DNA of 64,000 nucleotides. Source: Spirochaetia bacterium. Its GTDB lineage: Bacteria; Spirochaetota; Spirochaetia; DSM-16054; Sediminispirochaetaceae. This document shows, piece after piece, positions 1 to 9,767 of this stretch. The stretch covers positions 128,001 through 192,000 of the forward strand of contig JAXHMY010000003.1 of the NCBI GenBank assembly GCA_034520965.1. Direction: 5' to 3'. Under the pieces are notes generated by a model, which saw only the letters and a list, made by a program, of their open reading frames with translations, had not been told where the DNA came from and searched no databases. How positions within the stretch are numbered: the first letter of the stretch is position 1; each line of letters starts with the position of its first letter. The translations under genes and the position numbers were made by a program.

Positions 1-1
1 G

Positions 2-457
2 AAGCATATGCCGGTCGAAACCTTTTCCGTTGTAAGATACGAAAAGCTTGTCCGATGAAAGATAGGGCAGCAAAGCCCTTATAAAGGCCGGCTCACCGGG
101 ATAGTCCACCAACAATATCTGTTCGATATGCAGTTTTTCCCCTTCTATCCGACCAAAACCGGCTAGAAAAATAATGGTACCCGCACCCCCCGAAAGACCG
201 GTAGTTTCGAAATCATAGAATACCAGCTTGGGAAGCAGACTTGAATTTGTTAACAGCAATCCTTCAACGTGCTGCGTCTCCAATGGGCATGGCAAGACCA
301 AACTGCGCTTCCAGACGTAGGGAGCGATAGCCCTCCATCCAGTCCATGGCAAGGGGGCATCATTTCGCCCAACTTTACCCCTCTCGTCGGCCGAACCTGT
401 TGCGCCGGCCTCACGCAATTCACGCAGCTGGTTCAGTCTACCGGACAGTTTTGCCAC
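2..457 (-). CDS. YprB/MrfB-like RNase H-fold (DEDD) exonuclease, 3' end outside window; absent from ORF track
   Basis: Hand translation from GTG at 457 (GGAGG RBS upstream): MAKLSGRL...LVFYDFETTGLSGGAGTIIFLAG...VSYNGKGFDRHML. Has the DxETTG and YNGxxFD motifs and lies directly downstream of a DUF1998 helicase. Confidence 0.85.
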   Translation of the reverse strand, partial: MAKLSGRLNQLRELREAGATGSADERGKVGRNDAPLPWTGWRAIAPYVWKRSLVLPCPLETQHVEGLLLTNSSLLPKLVFYDFETTGLSGGAGTIIFLAGFGRIEGEKLHIEQILLVDYPGEPAFIRALLPYLSSDKLFVSYNGKGFDRHML

Positions 458-476
458 GTATTATCAACCTCCACTT

Positions 477-2804
477 CTAAACACTGTGTTGAACCGTTGG
501 ATCATCACTCAGCCATATTTTGAAAAACTCGATCACCGCCTGTTTTTTGTTTAACTCCGTTTTTCCTTCGTCCGGCCCTATGCAGCTGGGACAACCGTAT
601 TCACAGGCGCACTGGCTAAGTACTTCGGAGGCCGCCTTGAGTATCTGCATCCGCTTCTCTGCAAATCCCTCGGACAGGCCAATTCCCCCGGGAGCCGTGT
701 CATACACATAGATAGTCGGCACTTTGGTAAAAGGATCCTTAATACGCTCCGCAATACCAATATCCGAGCGCTCACAGAGCAGAAACACAGGTGCAATATT
801 TCTGATGAGTGTACCGATATGGGCAATTACATGCTCACGGATTTCAGGATCCACCGCCTCCATCGCCTCGGCGGCACGAGTAGCAGCTTCAAAGGCCATC
901 AGCACCGCCCGAGTGTGGATTTCCTCTTCCGGCAGATGAATATCCCCGTATCCGAGGTTCTCATGGGTTCCAAACTTCAGTTTCTTATATTTGGCCACCT
1001 GACTGCGCACCAGCACATCCCCGCTCAGCACCCGGCAATCAGAATGGGCATCGCTGTTATCTATCTCCAGTACTTTGATATCCGTTTTCACTACCGAATC
1101 GGTGTAGTAATTGAGCTGTGACTCTTTGATATAGCATTTGAGGTTTTCAATATCAAGTTCGAGAGAAAGGAACTGACGATCCCGATGCAGATAAACTGCA
1201 TTTGGAAACAACAGTTCCTTGGCCGAGGGCACGTCCATCTCTCCGATTACCTCATTTCTGCCGCCTGTTGTATCGATTATCACCACACTACGGGGTGAGG
1301 TTGTCCGCAGACTAACCTCTTCGGCAGGGTAGCCCTTACCGGACCAGTACCAGCGGCCGGCACTTTTTCGCAGGGTTCCCGCCTCTTCCAAATAACTCAG
1401 CAGATCCTCGATCTCTTCAGGCTTCAAGGTCTTTCCAAAGGTATCCCCCTCACTGAAGGGAAGCTCAAATACGGCGGATTTCAAGTGATCAATCAACACA
1501 TACAAGTTGTCCGGATTAATCCAGGCCGACTCCGGACTGCGTCCGAAAAAGTAATCCGGATGCTGCACTAAAAACTGGTCGGTAGGTGCCGCCGATGCTA
1601 TCAGAACCGCTATCGACATATTGTTCCGCCGCCCGGCTCGCCCGGCCTGTTGCCAGATTGAGGCAATGGAGGCCGGCATCCCGGCTAGAACCGCAGCATC
1701 CAAAGCTCCTATATCGATTCCCAACTCCAGGGCATTGGTCGACACAACACCGTGTATCCGCCCCTCTCGAAGCCCCTTCTCTATCTCCCGTCGTTCATTA
1801 GGAAGGTATCCCCCCCTGTATGATTCGATACGCAATCTCTCGTTGTCGGTGTATATGTTTTTTACAGCCCTTTTAATGTACGATGCTATCAGTTCGGTTC
1901 TTAACCGAGATCGGGCAAATACAATTGTCTTTATATTCCGACGCAAGAAGGCAAGGGCAATGTTTTTCGCCTCTAACACCACTCCCCGGCGGATACCCTG
2001 TACGGCATCCACCAAGGGCGGATTGTACAACACCACGTGCTTCTCCCCGGCGGGAGCCCCGTTTTGATCAACCAGGGTAACCGGCTCCTCTATTATCTGC
2101 TCCGCAAGCTCTTTGGGGTTTCCAATAGTAGCTGAGCAGAGTATAAACTGAGGAGAGCTGCCGTAAAACTCTGCAATACGCTTTAGCCGCCGAATCAGGT
2201 TGGTCATATGCGAGCCGAAGATGCCCCGATAAGTGTGCACCTCATCAATCACGATATATCTGAGATTACTTAAAAACTTAATCCACTTCGGATGATTCGG
2301 AAGCACCCCCGCATGGAGCATATCCGGGTTTGATATTACTATACGACCGCTCTCGCGTGCCGAGACCCGCAGAGACTGGGGAGTGTCGCCGTCATAGGTG
2401 GCAACCTTCAAGGGCAAGGCTCCTCCCAACACAATTTCGTTCAGCTCCGATTGCTGATCCTGACTTAAGGCTTTGGTTGGAAACATGTAGAGCGCCCGCA
2501 TTTCGGCGTGTTCCAGCAGGGTCTGCACCACCGGCAGGTTGTATGCCAGTGTTTTTCCGCTGGCCGTGGGGGTGACAACTACCACATGCTCTCCCCGCCG
2601 CGCAGCCTGATAGGCTGCCAGCTGGTGGCTGTAGATTTGCTCGATGCCCCTTGTTCTCAACAACTCCTGCAGTTTTGGGGAGAGCTCGTCGGGAATCGGA
2701 CTATATATTCCTTCACGCTTAGGCAGGGTATGCCAGCGACTTACCTGAGAAGAAAACTGCGGATCCCGCTTTAGTTTCTCTATAATAGTGTTATTTGTGT
2801 TCAT
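477..2804 (-). CDS. DEAD/DEAH-box helicase with C-terminal DUF1998 (YprA/MrfA/Hrq1-like)
   Basis: PTASGKT, DEVH, SAT, STNALELGIDIG, QQAGRAGRR; C-terminal CACEYGCPSC. Confidence 0.93.
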   Translation of the reverse strand: MNTNNTIIEKLKRDPQFSSQVSRWHTLPKREGIYSPIPDELSPKLQELLRTRGIEQIYSHQLAAYQAARRGEHVVVVTPTASGKTLAYNLPVVQTLLEHAEMRALYMFPTKALSQDQQSELNEIVLGGALPLKVATYDGDTPQSLRVSARESGRIVISNPDMLHAGVLPNHPKWIKFLSNLRYIVIDEVHTYRGIFGSHMTNLIRRLKRIAEFYGSSPQFILCSATIGNPKELAEQIIEEPVTLVDQNGAPAGEKHVVLYNPPLVDAVQGIRRGVVLEAKNIALAFLRRNIKTIVFARSRLRTELIASYIKRAVKNIYTDNERLRIESYRGGYLPNERREIEKGLREGRIHGVVSTNALELGIDIGALDAAVLAGMPASIASIWQQAGRAGRRNNMSIAVLIASAAPTDQFLVQHPDYFFGRSPESAWINPDNLYVLIDHLKSAVFELPFSEGDTFGKTLKPEEIEDLLSYLEEAGTLRKSAGRWYWSGKGYPAEEVSLRTTSPRSVVIIDTTGGRNEVIGEMDVPSAKELLFPNAVYLHRDRQFLSLELDIENLKCYIKESQLNYYTDSVVKTDIKVLEIDNSDAHSDCRVLSGDVLVRSQVAKYKKLKFGTHENLGYGDIHLPEEEIHTRAVLMAFEAATRAAEAMEAVDPEIREHVIAHIGTLIRNIAPVFLLCERSDIGIAERIKDPFTKVPTIYVYDTAPGGIGLSEGFAEKRMQILKAASEVLSQCACEYGCPSCIGPDEGKTELNKKQAVIEFFKIWLSDDPTVQHSV

Positions 2805-2911
2805 GGAGCTCTATAATAGCACTTTTTTTGTGTAACCTGAAGTTTCTTCACTTGTTTTCCTATTAAAAGGAGTTGCATAATTCCAATTTAAAATTAATTA
2901 AGGAGTAGAAC

Positions 2912-3598
2912 ATGACGAAACGAACCATCTCAATCACAATGGTCCTTCTGCTGTTGTTTGCAGGGGCTGGGCTGGCATTTTCAGAAACATCCGTAGTCGG
3001 CAAAGCACTTTCCAGCGATATGTCGGACTTTGGAGCATACGGCGGTTGGAAACTCCGCAGCAATCGTTTATACCAACAGGATACACAAGAACACCTCGCC
3101 AAAATCAACTTTCCCGCACCCCAGAGTGGTTTGATGGAGTATAACTTCGATGTGCGTTACGAGGCCGGCGGCTTGTCCGACCGTATGGGCGGCTTTGGAA
3201 TTCAGTTGTTTGTAGATGATGCGCATAAAGGCAAATCCTGGGGAAACGGCGAATCCTACCTGCTATGGCTCAATTATGATGAAGATCCCACTTATGGAAA
3301 ACCAGGCTTTCGCGGCCAGGTGTACCGCAGTTATTCTCACAGCCGCATGGAACTGCTGGATGGATACGATGTTGCACTGAATCCCGCAGTCCTAACCCCG
3401 GAGAATATGGAGTTGAAAGTTCCTGTCAAAATCCAGGTAAATGGGAATACCGGTATGGTTAAAGTGTGGGATCCCTCCCGCCCCGGAACCTATGTGCGAT
3501 TCTATTTAGATGAAGCACCAAAATCAGGAAAATATATCTCCTTAAGAACCAATAGCTTAGCTGTCAGTTTTGGTGATCCAGAGGTCACTCGAAAGTAG
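2912..3598 (+). CDS. Secreted hypothetical protein (beta-rich)
   Basis: AAGGAG RBS, signal peptide ending GLA-F, downstream terminator hairpin. Confidence 0.75.
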   Translation: MTKRTISITMVLLLLFAGAGLAFSETSVVGKALSSDMSDFGAYGGWKLRSNRLYQQDTQEHLAKINFPAPQSGLMEYNFDVRYEAGGLSDRMGGFGIQLFVDDAHKGKSWGNGESYLLWLNYDEDPTYGKPGFRGQVYRSYSHSRMELLDGYDVALNPAVLTPENMELKVPVKIQVNGNTGMVKVWDPSRPGTYVRFYLDEAPKSGKYISLRTNSLAVSFGDPEVTRK

Positions 3599-3626
3599 CC
3601 GGCAGGGTATATCTAATACGGTATGT

Positions 3627-3653
3627 GCAAAGGTGGTTTTTACCCACCTTTGC
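3627..3653 (+). terminator. Terminator hairpin, separated from its U-tract by a MITE insertion
   Basis: GCAAAGGTGG-TTTTTAC-CCACCTTTGC; the T8 tract now lies at 3782-3789 after the duplicated site. Confidence 0.6.
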
Positions 3654-3768
3654 GATTCTAAATTTGGAAGTCAAAAGACTTCCAAATTTAGAATTCGCAT
3701 AATTTCTTTGCAAAATTTTATATATCTCAGCGTGTGCGGGCATTCTCATTTTGAAATGAGAATAACTG
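3650..3768. mobile_element. MITE-like palindromic element, copy 1
   Basis: 18-bp perfect arms ATTCTAAATTTGGAAGTC/GACTTCCAAATTTAGAAT; alignable to the reverse complement of 14447-14588; flanked by direct repeat TACCCACCT (3641-3649, 3769-3777). Confidence 0.75.
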
Positions 3769-3813
3769 TACCCACCTTTGCTTTTTTTTAGTTTTTACTT
3801 ATACTTAGCAGCG

Positions 3814-5102
3814 ATGGAAACCAAGTATTTTTCTGTACGGACTATTCTTTCGCATTACTCACAACAGGTCTTACACTTTTTTCGTTTTTTCTGGAAGGAG
3901 TTAGACAACGATAACTGTATTCTGCGGGCCGGCAGCCTTGCCTTTTCTACCCTGTTAGCATTGGTACCACTCACTGCCTTTGTTTTTTCTTTGCTAACCG
4001 GTTTCGGAGCTTTCGAAACAGTAAGAACCCAGCTTCAGGATTTCTTGTTCCGCTTTCTTATTCCCACTCAATCTGAATCAGCCCTTGTATATATCGAAAG
4101 GTTCATAGAAAACAGCCGTGCCCTGGGGGTAGTGGGGCTTTTAATTTTCGCACTCACCTCTATTTTTTTGTTAAACGGCATTAGTACCAACATCAATGCT
4201 ATTTGGGCCAGCACCTCACGGGTAAGTTTTATCCGCAAATTTATGATGTATCTGGCGGTGATTGTAATCGGCTCCCTCCTCAGTCAGGGGCCAGTTTCAC
4301 TCTCAGCATTAATCTTCAAAATTTTGCCTCCGGGTATCCCGATTTTTCTGCTGTGATGAAAGTACTGTTACAGGCAGCTCCCACTCTTTTTATTTTTATA
4401 GTTATCTGGCTGATGGTATTTGCAGTCCCTTCAGCAAAAGTCTCTTTTCGCAGCAGTTTGCTAGGTGCTGCAGCGGGCACTCTTTTATGGGAGATAGCCC
4501 GTTTTCTGTTTATAGACGGCACAAACTACGTTTTGCGCATCTCGATAATCTACGGCTCACTGGCCGCTATTCCAATTTTTCTGGTCTGGCTTTCACTAAA
4601 CTGGCTCATTATTTTTGCGGCAGCAGAAATTACCTATGTACATCAGCATCGAAATAATTTTGCGAATGCGTATTCCGAAAAAGAAGTATCACCGCGTAGG
4701 GAATTACTCACGGGACTGCAAATTTACCTCTACATTGCATCTCGCTTTTTAATTGGTGATCACCCTACCCGACTTCAGGATCTATCTCGCCATTTTTCTA
4801 TCCCCACAAAAACCCTTGAAAAATACGTCCATCGCTTCGAGCAGCAGGGCTTACTATTTCGATCCCCCTCGGCAAATCCCCACCTTCTGCCGCAAAAGGA
4901 ATTAGCCCATACTTCCGTGGCGGAGGTATTAGAAGCCCTGTGGGGGCCGGAAATTCATCTTTACGATCAAGAAGAAGGGGCAGAAACACCTGAACGTACT
5001 ATTGTCACACAATTCAGCAACACCGCATTAAGCCCTTTTGAAGATACCTCGATCCTTAAACTCCTGTCCTCTGACAACACTGACACTTCCAATGAAACTT
5101 AA
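3814..5102 (+). CDS. YihY/BrkB-family membrane protein with C-terminal winged HTH; split by one frameshift near 4280
   Basis: AGSLAFSTLLALVPL in frame 1; IYGSLAAIPIFLVWL in frame 2; frames join at ...GSLL/SGASFTLS. Confidence 0.8.
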
Positions 5103-6681
5103 AGCCGCACTCACATTATTTCTCTTTCTGATCCTCCCCCCGCTGTTGCTTATATACTCGTACTCACCAATGGACCCTCGGCCTGCCGTGTTAATTAAAG
5201 GGGAAACTGTATCTCTCGATCTGTGGACAAGCCTAGTGCAGGAAAACCCGCTGCCCGACGGAATTACTCTTATCAATATTACTCATATCAATGGAAGCGA
5301 TTCTAAAGCTGAACCCAGTTCAGGCAACAACGGGCATGATTCGCTGGAAGTCGTTGCTCATATCCGTATTTCCCATCACACAGCCCAAGCCCCTGTAGAG
5401 CCCCCTTCAGCAAACTCTCTGCTTCTTAAAGAGGAATATTATGTACCGGTAGTACCCCTTTGGAATCCTCGAAACAACATAGAGTTATCCCAAGCTAAAG
5501 AGCTGCCGCTGCTGCCGGTAGATGAAGTTTCACTGCCCCAGAAAGCGTTAGCTGTAAACGGGCTGAGGATAGACTCGCCTGAATATCCTCTTATTGCAAG
5601 GACGTTCATGGAGTTAACTTGGATCCGGAATGCAGACCCGGAATTGAAGACCGCATCTGAAGCCCCTGCCGTTTTGCAGGCTAAAGAGTCGCTCCGCAGG
5701 TGGTTTGACAGGATTTCCGAACTCACTGCTTCCGCTGCTTCCGGGGCGGGCCACATTGTATGGATTGGCGCCGTTGGCGACATGATGCTCCAGCGTGGAG
5801 TACAAGATGTATTGATACGCAACGGGACAGAGGGTCTGCACACAATATTTCAAGATACCCTTCCGATCCTCCAGCAGCAGGACCTGTTGATCGGTAACCT
5901 GGAAGGGGCAGTCACTCGGCACAGTGTTGCAACCCCTAAATCGTACAATTTCCGTTTCTCTCCGCAGGTTTTGCCTTGGCTCAGAGAGGCCGGTTTTGAT
6001 TACTTGTCAATAACCAATAATCATTCCTACGACTATGGGAGCAAGGGCTTTCTTGATACACTCCACCATCTGAGAGAGTCCGGGCTGCATACCTCCGGCG
6101 CCGGTAAGACACCGCAGGAAGCCTATACCCCTACGGAGCTCAGCATTAAGGGCACCACTATTTCAATTTTGTCGGCGGCAGCGTATCCGCAGGAGAAAAA
6201 CGGTTTTGACGGCCGCAGCCAGGCACAGGTTACCGACGATCGTCCCGGTACAATTTTCTCCGGGCCCCGGGTACTCGAAACACTGCGCCGGACCAGCAGC
6301 CCTGATAACATTGATATTATGGTTGCCCACGGAGGCGAAGAGTGGCATTCAAGCCCTTCAGAGGAGCAGCGGCAATTTTATCGGGCCGGTATAGATGCGG
6401 GAGCCGACATTGTCTTCGCCCATCATCCCCACGTTCTACAGGGTATGGAAGCCTATAGGGGCGGCTTAATTGCCTACTCCTTGGGTAACTTTATTTTCCC
6501 GGGTATGTACGAAATACCCTACGCCGAAGAATCTTTGATACTTTCCGCCGGTTTCTACGGCGGCCGTTTACTGTACCTCCTTCCCTATCCTGTGAACATC
6601 AACCATCGAGTAATCTCTCTCGACCAGCCGGGCGGGCCTATTCTGCCGCGCTTTTTAGAGCTCACACGACGACTTCACTAA
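5092..6681 (+). CDS. CapA/PgsA-family metallophosphatase-like protein with N-terminal membrane anchor
   Basis: GAVGDMML, GNLEG, NNHSYDYG, HGGEE, HHPHVLQ, YSLGNFIF. Confidence 0.88.
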   Translation: MKLKAALTLFLFLILPPLLLIYSYSPMDPRPAVLIKGETVSLDLWTSLVQENPLPDGITLINITHINGSDSKAEPSSGNNGHDSLEVVAHIRISHHTAQAPVEPPSANSLLLKEEYYVPVVPLWNPRNNIELSQAKELPLLPVDEVSLPQKALAVNGLRIDSPEYPLIARTFMELTWIRNADPELKTASEAPAVLQAKESLRRWFDRISELTASAASGAGHIVWIGAVGDMMLQRGVQDVLIRNGTEGLHTIFQDTLPILQQQDLLIGNLEGAVTRHSVATPKSYNFRFSPQVLPWLREAGFDYLSITNNHSYDYGSKGFLDTLHHLRESGLHTSGAGKTPQEAYTPTELSIKGTTISILSAAAYPQEKNGFDGRSQAQVTDDRPGTIFSGPRVLETLRRTSSPDNIDIMVAHGGEEWHSSPSEEQRQFYRAGIDAGADIVFAHHPHVLQGMEAYRGGLIAYSLGNFIFPGMYEIPYAEESLILSAGFYGGRLLYLLPYPVNINHRVISLDQPGGPILPRFLELTRRLH

Positions 6682-6740
6682 ACGCTTCAGTCTTCAAGTT
6701 TTTCAGCCAAAACAGCTCTAAACAAATCAGCTCTGAAAAA

Positions 6741-6758
6741 GCGCCCTGCCGGGCGCAC
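6741..6758 (-). mobile_element. Possible 5' remnant of a group IIC intron
   Basis: GTGCGCCCGGCAGGGCGC begins immediately after a terminator U-tract. Confidence 0.45.
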
Positions 6759-6786
6759 AAAAAAAGCCCCGCCTTGTTGACGGGAC
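6759..6786 (-). terminator. Rho-independent terminator of the 64-aa gene
   Basis: GTCCCGTC-AACAA-GGCGGGGC followed by T7. Confidence 0.75.
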
Positions 6787-6837
6787 CTACACCCTTATCG
6801 GGCAGAATCCTATTAAAAGTAATGCAGACAGGGGATC

Positions 6838-7032
6838 TTAGAGCGCAGCCAGAGCGGTCTCGGCCTTGCCGTGCTTAATAGTTGCATGACACTGCTTGCA
6901 GACCTTGATTTTCTTTTCTTTTACTTCATGCTCGTACATCAGTTTTATGCCGGTTCGTTTGCAGATTGGGCAAGTACCACGCCCCTGTTTTACCATTTCT
7001 CTTATTCCGCTTCCTCTATGCGATTTGGACAT
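6838..7032 (-). CDS. Small basic Zn-ribbon protein (CPIC...CKQC)
   Basis: AAGGAG RBS, own terminator, Lys/Arg-rich, two CxxC pairs. Confidence 0.8.
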   Translation of the reverse strand: MSKSHRGSGIREMVKQGRGTCPICKRTGIKLMYEHEVKEKKIKVCKQCHATIKHGKAETALAAL

Positions 7033-7136
7033 AATTTCTCCTTAAACAACTTGTGAAATTGTGTAGAAAGAATACTGTCTCAGCTTAAAAAAGTCAACAT
7101 GCTCACGCAGGCAATGATACCCACGGAGCAATATCA

Positions 7137-7880
7137 CTACAAAGGCTTCTCGGACAGTGAGTCGAGAAAAAGCTCTAAAACCTCCGCACACTTAATCGAA
7201 CAGCCGTCGAGAAAGCGTCGAAAATTCTCAGGACGTTCACCGGCAACTGTATCCGAGACAATTCTAAGCACAGCGGTCGGTATCTTATTTTGGAACCCCG
7301 CCAAGACCACACTGCTGCTCTCCATATCGGCCACATCTCCTTGAAAGCTGTCGCGCAGCATCTCACGAAGTTCTCTTCCCCCCTCGATGGGTAAAAAGCG
7401 GTCTCCGCTTAACACACGTCCGGTATATACCGCAGATCTTGAAGTGGAGCGGTTCGACTGTTTTTCAGCACTCGCCCTAAGTCTCTTGTTTATCCCCGGG
7501 TGGGTATAAATCTCACGAAGCTGCGAGTTGTCAGGCTGTTTGCCTGGAAAAACTCCAAGTCCGCCGCCAATTGCCGAAGTATCAATGTCCCACTGAATTA
7601 CATCCTCCGCAATTACCGTATCCCCAAGACGGTACATCGGGTTGAGAGCGGCCCCTATCCCCACTAACAGAATCGCCTCCGGTTGAAAGCGGCTGCAGAT
7701 ATATTGAGAGGTTAAAGCGGAGAGGGCAATACCGCTGCCGGTCCAGGTACAGATAACTTGCTGACCGGCAAGTACTCCAACCGTAATTTCCCGGCCAGCC
7801 CATTCCAGCCGTTCAGTCTCTTCTATCCTTCTAGCCGTATGGTACATCTCGGCCTGCAGTGCTCCAAGCAGGGCAATCAC
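7137..7880 (-). CDS. mtnN: 5'-methylthioadenosine/S-adenosylhomocysteine nucleosidase
   Basis: IALLGALQAE, SGDRF, DMESS, LRIVSD; PNP/UDP phosphorylase fold motifs. Confidence 0.78.
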   Translation of the reverse strand: MIALLGALQAEMYHTARRIEETERLEWAGREITVGVLAGQQVICTWTGSGIALSALTSQYICSRFQPEAILLVGIGAALNPMYRLGDTVIAEDVIQWDIDTSAIGGGLGVFPGKQPDNSQLREIYTHPGINKRLRASAEKQSNRSTSRSAVYTGRVLSGDRFLPIEGGRELREMLRDSFQGDVADMESSSVVLAGFQNKIPTAVLRIVSDTVAGERPENFRRFLDGCSIKCAEVLELFLDSLSEKPL

Positions 7881-8719
7881 GCCTTACCGTCCCTATAACT
7901 CAGCCATCGAGCTACTGCCTCTGAAAAGCCGCCTTCACCGCAGGCTGCCACTTCGGCAAACCGGCGACGAAGCTCAACCGGAGCATTGGCTACCACGAAA
8001 CCGGTTCCACTCCACTCCAGCATATGCACATCGTTAAAGTCGTTACCCACCGCCATGGTATCCTTCTGAAGTACCCCCACTCTATCAGCCAGCCAAGCAC
8101 TGCCGCTGCCTTTATGGGCGCCAATCGGAAAGAGTTCAATCCAAAAGGATGATCCATCTAAAGGAGAGCTGCTCCAGATAACCGAACACTGCTGCTGAAA
8201 TTCCGCCTGCAGCTTCTGCAGCAGTTCTTGCTCGGGAGGTGTAATTATCACAAACTGGGTTGCCTCAAGATGCCTAACTTGTCGCCATTCAAAGTCGAGG
8301 GCATATTTTTTGTACAATTCTATACGCCTCAGAAAATCACTTTGCCCCTCCCCACCCCGGTGGTAATGAAAGTAATGATTATCGGGGATAGGATGATGTA
8401 CCATAAAATCCAGTTCAAGCTCGATCAACCGCCGGCATAGTTCTTCGGTTTGTTCGACTGAGAAAACAGTTCTTTTCAGAAGCTCTTCCCTCCGGAGCTC
8501 GTACACACCCGCGCCGGAGGAAAACACCACATAATCTACGGGAAAACTCGAATCGATCGCCCGGTAGAGTGACTGTAGAGACCGACCAGTTGCCAGAACT
8601 CGCACATAGTTACTCTTTTTAAGTGATTTGAGTGTATTAATATCCTCTTTGCTGAATCCATTGGTTTTATCGTAGATAGTTCCATCAAAATCGCTTACCA
8701 CCATTCCCCGGTATTTCAC
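7877..8719 (-). CDS. Cof-type HAD-IIB hydrolase
   Basis: SDFDGT, ATGR, KG, GNDFND. Confidence 0.88.
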   Translation of the reverse strand: MKYRGMVVSDFDGTIYDKTNGFSKEDINTLKSLKKSNYVRVLATGRSLQSLYRAIDSSFPVDYVVFSSGAGVYELRREELLKRTVFSVEQTEELCRRLIELELDFMVHHPIPDNHYFHYHRGGEGQSDFLRRIELYKKYALDFEWRQVRHLEATQFVIITPPEQELLQKLQAEFQQQCSVIWSSSPLDGSSFWIELFPIGAHKGSGSAWLADRVGVLQKDTMAVGNDFNDVHMLEWSGTGFVVANAPVELRRRFAEVAACGEGGFSEAVARWLSYRDGKA

Positions 8720-8723
8720 TGCC

Positions 8724-9605
8724 CTACTCCAATACTTGATACGTACTGCTCGTCAACGGCGATGAAAGGCTTCCGAGTACCCGCTCAAATAGTACTCCAT
8801 CACGATGGGGCACCCGGTGGCCAAAGGTGGCTCGAATCGAAATAGAGACAAACTGTACAGACCTCTCTATGGCAATTGGAAGACTATCCCCCTGCAGCAG
8901 GCTGCCCACTAACACACTGGCAAACAGGTCGCCGGTTCCAGGATAAAAGGCGGGAACGTAATCGCAGTCAATCCTCCAAAAGCGGCCGTCCTGCCGATCA
9001 TATGCAACCACCGTTGACACGTCCGGCTTACCGTCGGTTTTGACGCTGGTCATAACTACCATACGAGGGCCCATTTCGCTTAAGCCCAGGAGTTGTTTTT
9101 TTATCTGATCATGAGAAATAGTATTCTGTAGTTCTGTGTTAAGTAAAAAGCTCGCTTCAGTGATGTTAGGAGTAATTATATCAGCTTTTTCAACCAGCCG
9201 ACGCATCTCTTCAACCATTAACCTATCAAAAGGCCCGTATAATTCTCCATCATCTCCCAGCACAGGATCCACCATTATCAACTGATCTTCATCGCTGGTT
9301 CGAAAATCATCAATAAAGCTCCTGACGATTTCTACCTGCGCACTTGAACCTAAAAAGCCGGAATAAATCGCATCAAAATCTACCTGCAGTTGTTTCCAGT
9401 GCGATGCAATTGGTTCCATCTGCTCTGTAAGATCGAGAAAGGTGTAGTTTTCGAAACCTCCCGTATGGGTCGACAACAGAGCCGTCGGCAAAGGGCAGAC
9501 CTGCACCCCCATGGTAGATAAGACCGGTAGAATTATTGTAAGTGAAGACCTGCCGAAACCTGAAAGGTCGTGAATTGCCGCTGCCCGCGGAACCGGTTTG
9601 CGCAT
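8724..9605 (-). CDS. pdxK: Pyridoxamine/pyridoxal kinase
   Basis: HDLSGFGRSSL, LSTHTGGF, VDPVLGDDG, TPNITEA, GTGDLFAS. Confidence 0.88.
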   Translation of the reverse strand: MRKPVPRAAAIHDLSGFGRSSLTIILPVLSTMGVQVCPLPTALLSTHTGGFENYTFLDLTEQMEPIASHWKQLQVDFDAIYSGFLGSSAQVEIVRSFIDDFRTSDEDQLIMVDPVLGDDGELYGPFDRLMVEEMRRLVEKADIITPNITEASFLLNTELQNTISHDQIKKQLLGLSEMGPRMVVMTSVKTDGKPDVSTVVAYDRQDGRFWRIDCDYVPAFYPGTGDLFASVLVGSLLQGDSLPIAIERSVQFVSISIRATFGHRVPHRDGVLFERVLGSLSSPLTSSTYQVLE

Positions 9606-9767
9606 ACCGCGCCTCCTTCTTTTTACCTCGCGCTAATAATCTTCCTGTTTGATTTTATCTCATTTTGCAGGTTCTAGGGTACCGTAAAAAAGCCAAAAAG
9701 CAAATAGCCAAAGCTCATTTTATGGGGCGATGATGACACACCCGCCGCCGGTGTGGTACAAATAGAT

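Noticed and set aside
477..2804. DISARM/Druantia-type defence helicase
   Set aside because: Context is an exonuclease partner and housekeeping genes; no methylase or other defence genes visible in the window
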